From Bacteroidia bacterium (lineage in GTDB: Bacteria; Bacteroidota; Bacteroidia; Bacteroidales; VadinHA17): DNA of 47,746 nucleotides. The stretch covers positions 1 through 47,746 of the forward strand of contig JAPLDX010000091.1 in assembly GCA_026391215.1 (NCBI GenBank), read 5' to 3'. The position numbers were made by a program, and so were the translations under genes. A model generated the notes under the pieces. It ran no database searches, was not told the origin of the DNA, and worked only from the letters and a program-made list of their open reading frames with translations. Shown here one piece after another: positions 45,801 to 47,746 of this stretch. The number at the start of each line of letters is the position of its first letter. Positions within the stretch are counted from its first letter, which is position 1.

Positions 45801-47746
45801 CCATGTTGCTGTTCCTCCTATCGGATATACTCCTTCAACTGATATATATTCCTTAGGATCCTTCTGGCAATAGGCAAGATTAAGATTAAGTATATTGATC
45901 TCTGTTCCCACCGAGTCAATCTTGAATGGCTGGCTGATCTGGTAGAAGATACCCAGGTACTTATATGAAAAATAGATACTGTCCTTATCAATTCCTGGAT
46001 GCATTCTGCCCGGATCAATAGCAATTGTGTCGCCGGATGTATAAATAATGCCATTGCTGTTGGTAAGTGTGAAAATACGATCTGTCGCTCCGGTTGGTAC
46101 TCCAGTAACCGTAATGGTATCCTGCCCGCTGTCATGGCAATAAAGCGGATCAAAGCCGTCAAAGGAGGATACGTTTGGATAAACAGTAATAATTTTTGAT
46201 GCTTGTTGTGAACAGGAAGAAGATGTATTCACAATATTAAGCAGATATGTAATAGTATACGGACTTCCTGAAGATCCGGCAGACGAGGGTGAAAAGATAC
46301 TTCCGGTTACACCTGATCCTGAAAAAACACCACCAAGTACATTTGCAGATAATCTAACATCTGCTTCTGATACACTATAGTCTGTTTTGGGTATAAGAAT
46401 TCTTGCAAGAGGATTGCTTTGCACGGCAGCTCCAACTATTGGAGTAAGGTTAGAAGATACAGGTGTCACCTCAAAAATAATCTCCTGGGTGTCGTCAATA
46501 TCTGCTGCTACAAGAGTGTATTGAATATTTGTTCCTATAACGACACTTGTGCTGGTGTCAATATCTTTTCTGTACCATTTATAAGTGGAGATGCCTTCGG
46601 CTTTGGAGAAAGTGTAGCGATATTCTCCCCGTATAATATTTCCTTCAGCTCTGATACCTTCTATACAAACCTCATCAGCTACCGGGACTCCGGTCAGGTC
46701 CTCAACAAGTTCAGTAGCCGGACTTGTTATTACTGATCCGGCATATGGAGGACCAACTGTTGATACAGGAGTTATCTCGAAAGTAAGAGTTTTGTTTATA
46801 TCAGCCGTTACAGGGACATAGGTTGTACCCGTTGCCCCGATTATTGGATCCGTACCATTTCTCAGCCATCTGTAAGTGCTTGCATTTGTTCCGCTGCTGC
46901 CATCAGTATAAGTGTACGTGGTTGTCAGATTATTACCAACTGAAGGATATCCAGAAATTGAAGCTCCGGAGACTGCCGGTATTGGTTTTACGACTACATT
47001 ATAAGTGGTCGGACTAACTGCTGTACAACCATTTAGGTCAATATAATTTACGCTGACTGTCTGGTTCCCTGTTGTATTCCAATTAACAGAATAAGTATTG
47101 TCTGTGACTATTCCTATACCGCCTGCTGACATAGACCAGGAATATCCAGACATCCATGCCTCTGTTTCATATATGTTTCCAGCAGAAGTAATGCGTGGTG
47201 CAGAAGGACCAGTTATTGTCACAAGTGGAAGAGGGTTGACGGTTACTGGTCTTATTACCTGTGATGAAGTACCACAACCAATTGCAACTACCTGAATATT
47301 AACAGTTCCCGAATAGCCGTTTATCCATGTCATCAGACCTGTAGTAGCATTTATCGATCCTGCTGCAGCGTCGCTTAATGACCAGCTAAAACCTGTGCTG
47401 TTGGTGGCTGTTGTGGAATAAAAGGTCATTGTGGTTCCCGCTGTAAGCTCGCAAGTTGGTTCATTGCCTCCTGATACGGTAATAGCCGTTGGAGTTCCTA
47501 CAGCAGGTGTTATATTTACTGTTCTGATCACCTGTGAGGAAGTACTGTTACAACCGGACGCAGTTACCTGTATATCGACACTTCCTGAAAATCCTTCAGT
47601 CCATATCATTACCCCCGTTGTAAGTCCAATTGAACCAGCTAAACCATTGCTTAATGACCAGTTAAAACCTGTGCTGTTGGCAGCTGTTGTTGCATAGGTG
47701 GTTGCGGTTGTTCCGTCGGTCAGCTGGCAGGTGGGTTCACTGCCTG
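42849..47746 (-). CDS. Large T9SS-secreted surface protein (Ig-like/PKD repeats, Omp28-like domain, type A CTD); 5' end lies outside the window
   Basis: The frame stays open from 47744 past the track start at 47609. C-terminal ILYPNPA...IRIYDMRG...GGLYLVRI...RKLVV is a T9SS type A sorting domain; PKD-like FINNT...WFWQF; ILLEHFT...QYH...TPYTFIDG Omp28-like block. Confidence 0.92.
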   Translation of the reverse strand, partial: GSEPTCQLTDGTTATTYATTAANSTGFNWSLSNGLAGSIGLTTGVMIWTEGFSGSVDIQVTASGCNSTSSQVIRTVNITPAVGTPTAITVSGGNEPTCELTAGTTMTFYSTTATNSTGFSWSLSDAAAGSINATTGLMTWINGYSGTVNIQVVAIGCGTSSQVIRPVTVNPLPLVTITGPSAPRITSAGNIYETEAWMSGYSWSMSAGGIGIVTDNTYSVNWNTTGNQTVSVNYIDLNGCTAVSPTTYNVVVKPIPAVSGASISGYPSVGNNLTTTYTYTDGSSGTNASTYRWLRNGTDPIIGATGTTYVPVTADINKTLTFEITPVSTVGPPYAGSVITSPATELVEDLTGVPVADEVCIEGIRAEGNIIRGEYRYTFSKAEGISTYKWYRKDIDTSTSVVIGTNIQYTLVAADIDDTQEIIFEVTPVSSNLTPIVGAAVQSNPLARILIPKTDYSVSEADVRLSANVLGGVFSGSGVTGSIFSPSSAGSSGSPYTITYLLNIVNTSSSCSQQASKIITVYPNVSSFDGFDPLYCHDSGQDTITVTGVPTGATDRIFTLTNSNGIIYTSGDTIAIDPGRMHPGIDKDSIYFSYKYLGIFYQISQPFKIDSVGTEINILNLNLAYCQKDPKEYISVEGVYPIGGTATWTGDILSDTKPASAYADPSLGTAGVSYPVFYQYKSPNGCYSAVLRDTVIINPLPDPLFPLNSTYNIDGGPVALIPVQTGGTFSGNGISGDKMFPDIAGLGEHEIKYSITDDNGCSASLGLKTRIRIAQGNFIDIPSVICYKDTTYNVKVINLPVPMSGVQITGFTNTKNTLVYTFGATNADYNVPVAGEGLDTLIFSYKWDGVDYSISKAIIVDSLGQVVIKNLAFGEQICDNVTPYDLIPSIYGGSFTGPMSGSYLDPTKASGATSVSYTYTNINTGCSTSTTVPITIYPAPEVAFLPVDVCIESDLDTTHFINNTKSAETVDSWFWQFTDAGVPYPDSTKNPGYLYKTSGLQKISLKATTVNGCSATLDTTINLGRRPGADFYWRSDCLHPNDSIILQDATISTSPIDSLIWKIYKGNKFSAFSTQVKEAKYLKSDTGYLKFQYIVKTTYKNCIDTVTKDIFIKPAITIRSDGYFENFEAGNGGWVKGEVSGNNWSFGLPDRNTINTAYSGVNAWFTGFDIDSSKMESSSIVSPCYDFSATERPLIKLRLWRMFTRDIDGAVLQYRIGDSGEWKSVGAIDDGIQWYNSAVIRGEPGGSQMGWTLRGNPDDEWVEAIHTLDGLKGKSDVIFRIAYGSDGSKLDKEGEGIAFDDIWIGERSRNILLEHFTNTNNDVTTNDANDLVNIIARNRSEDVINIQYHTNFPGTDPYYDANQGDASARILFYGLTRTPYTFIDGGTKKDFAYMYAYDSDITQIDSNNVTKRSLIRSLFNISLTTSVFDGVLTVNGKLKALEDIDSENLTLFIAVTEKRDSLDNKEFRNIFRKFIPDAGGILLRSNWTRKDSLTIEEQTWTLDKILNRSDFEVIAFIQNTITKEIFQASSVIQPAIVVGIEDPPGASGNGFILYPNPAVKQLTISFEVPLTQETDIRIYDMRGVVISSYKAGSGVSEFTIDDLNLKGGLYLVRITSGGIDLGFRKLVVSGD

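Noticed and set aside
1-47746. tRNA, rRNA or CRISPR arrays
   Set aside because: None was recognised by eye. Intergenic gaps are short and explained by promoters and hairpin repeats; no covariance search could be run.

Overview
This is AT-rich chromosomal DNA from a Bacteroidota organism, probably Bacteroidales (SusC/SusD pair, T9SS cargo, gldE, TAnnTTTG promoters). The left half (719-23796, minus strand) is a ~23 kb tandem array of eight divergent MacB/FtsX-type ABC permease genes plus two paralogous lipoproteins, with no ATPase gene. A sigma54 (-24/-12) promoter with twin palindromic enhancer boxes lies upstream of it, next to a divergent NtrC-type regulator and a histidine kinase. The right half is mostly housekeeping (mfd, coaX, OMP, lptC, gldE, MORN protein, susCD, DUF3109, gpmI, large T9SS protein). 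The most notable observation is two small cassettes inside the array, one intact and one lacking its catalytic core. Each consists of a DUF559/Vsr-like endonuclease gene flanked by inverted G/C-run hairpin repeats. Each is bracketed by a 55-bp, almost entirely synonymously recoded duplication of the permease 3' end (QxWxAAxRNPVEALRYE*), and both duplications start at the same codon. A related empty hairpin doublet abuts the gpmI stop codon and may also carry a decayed duplicate gene tail. The architecture suggests a 3'-end-replacing, homing-like mobile endonuclease cassette. That mechanism is inference and is not demonstrated.
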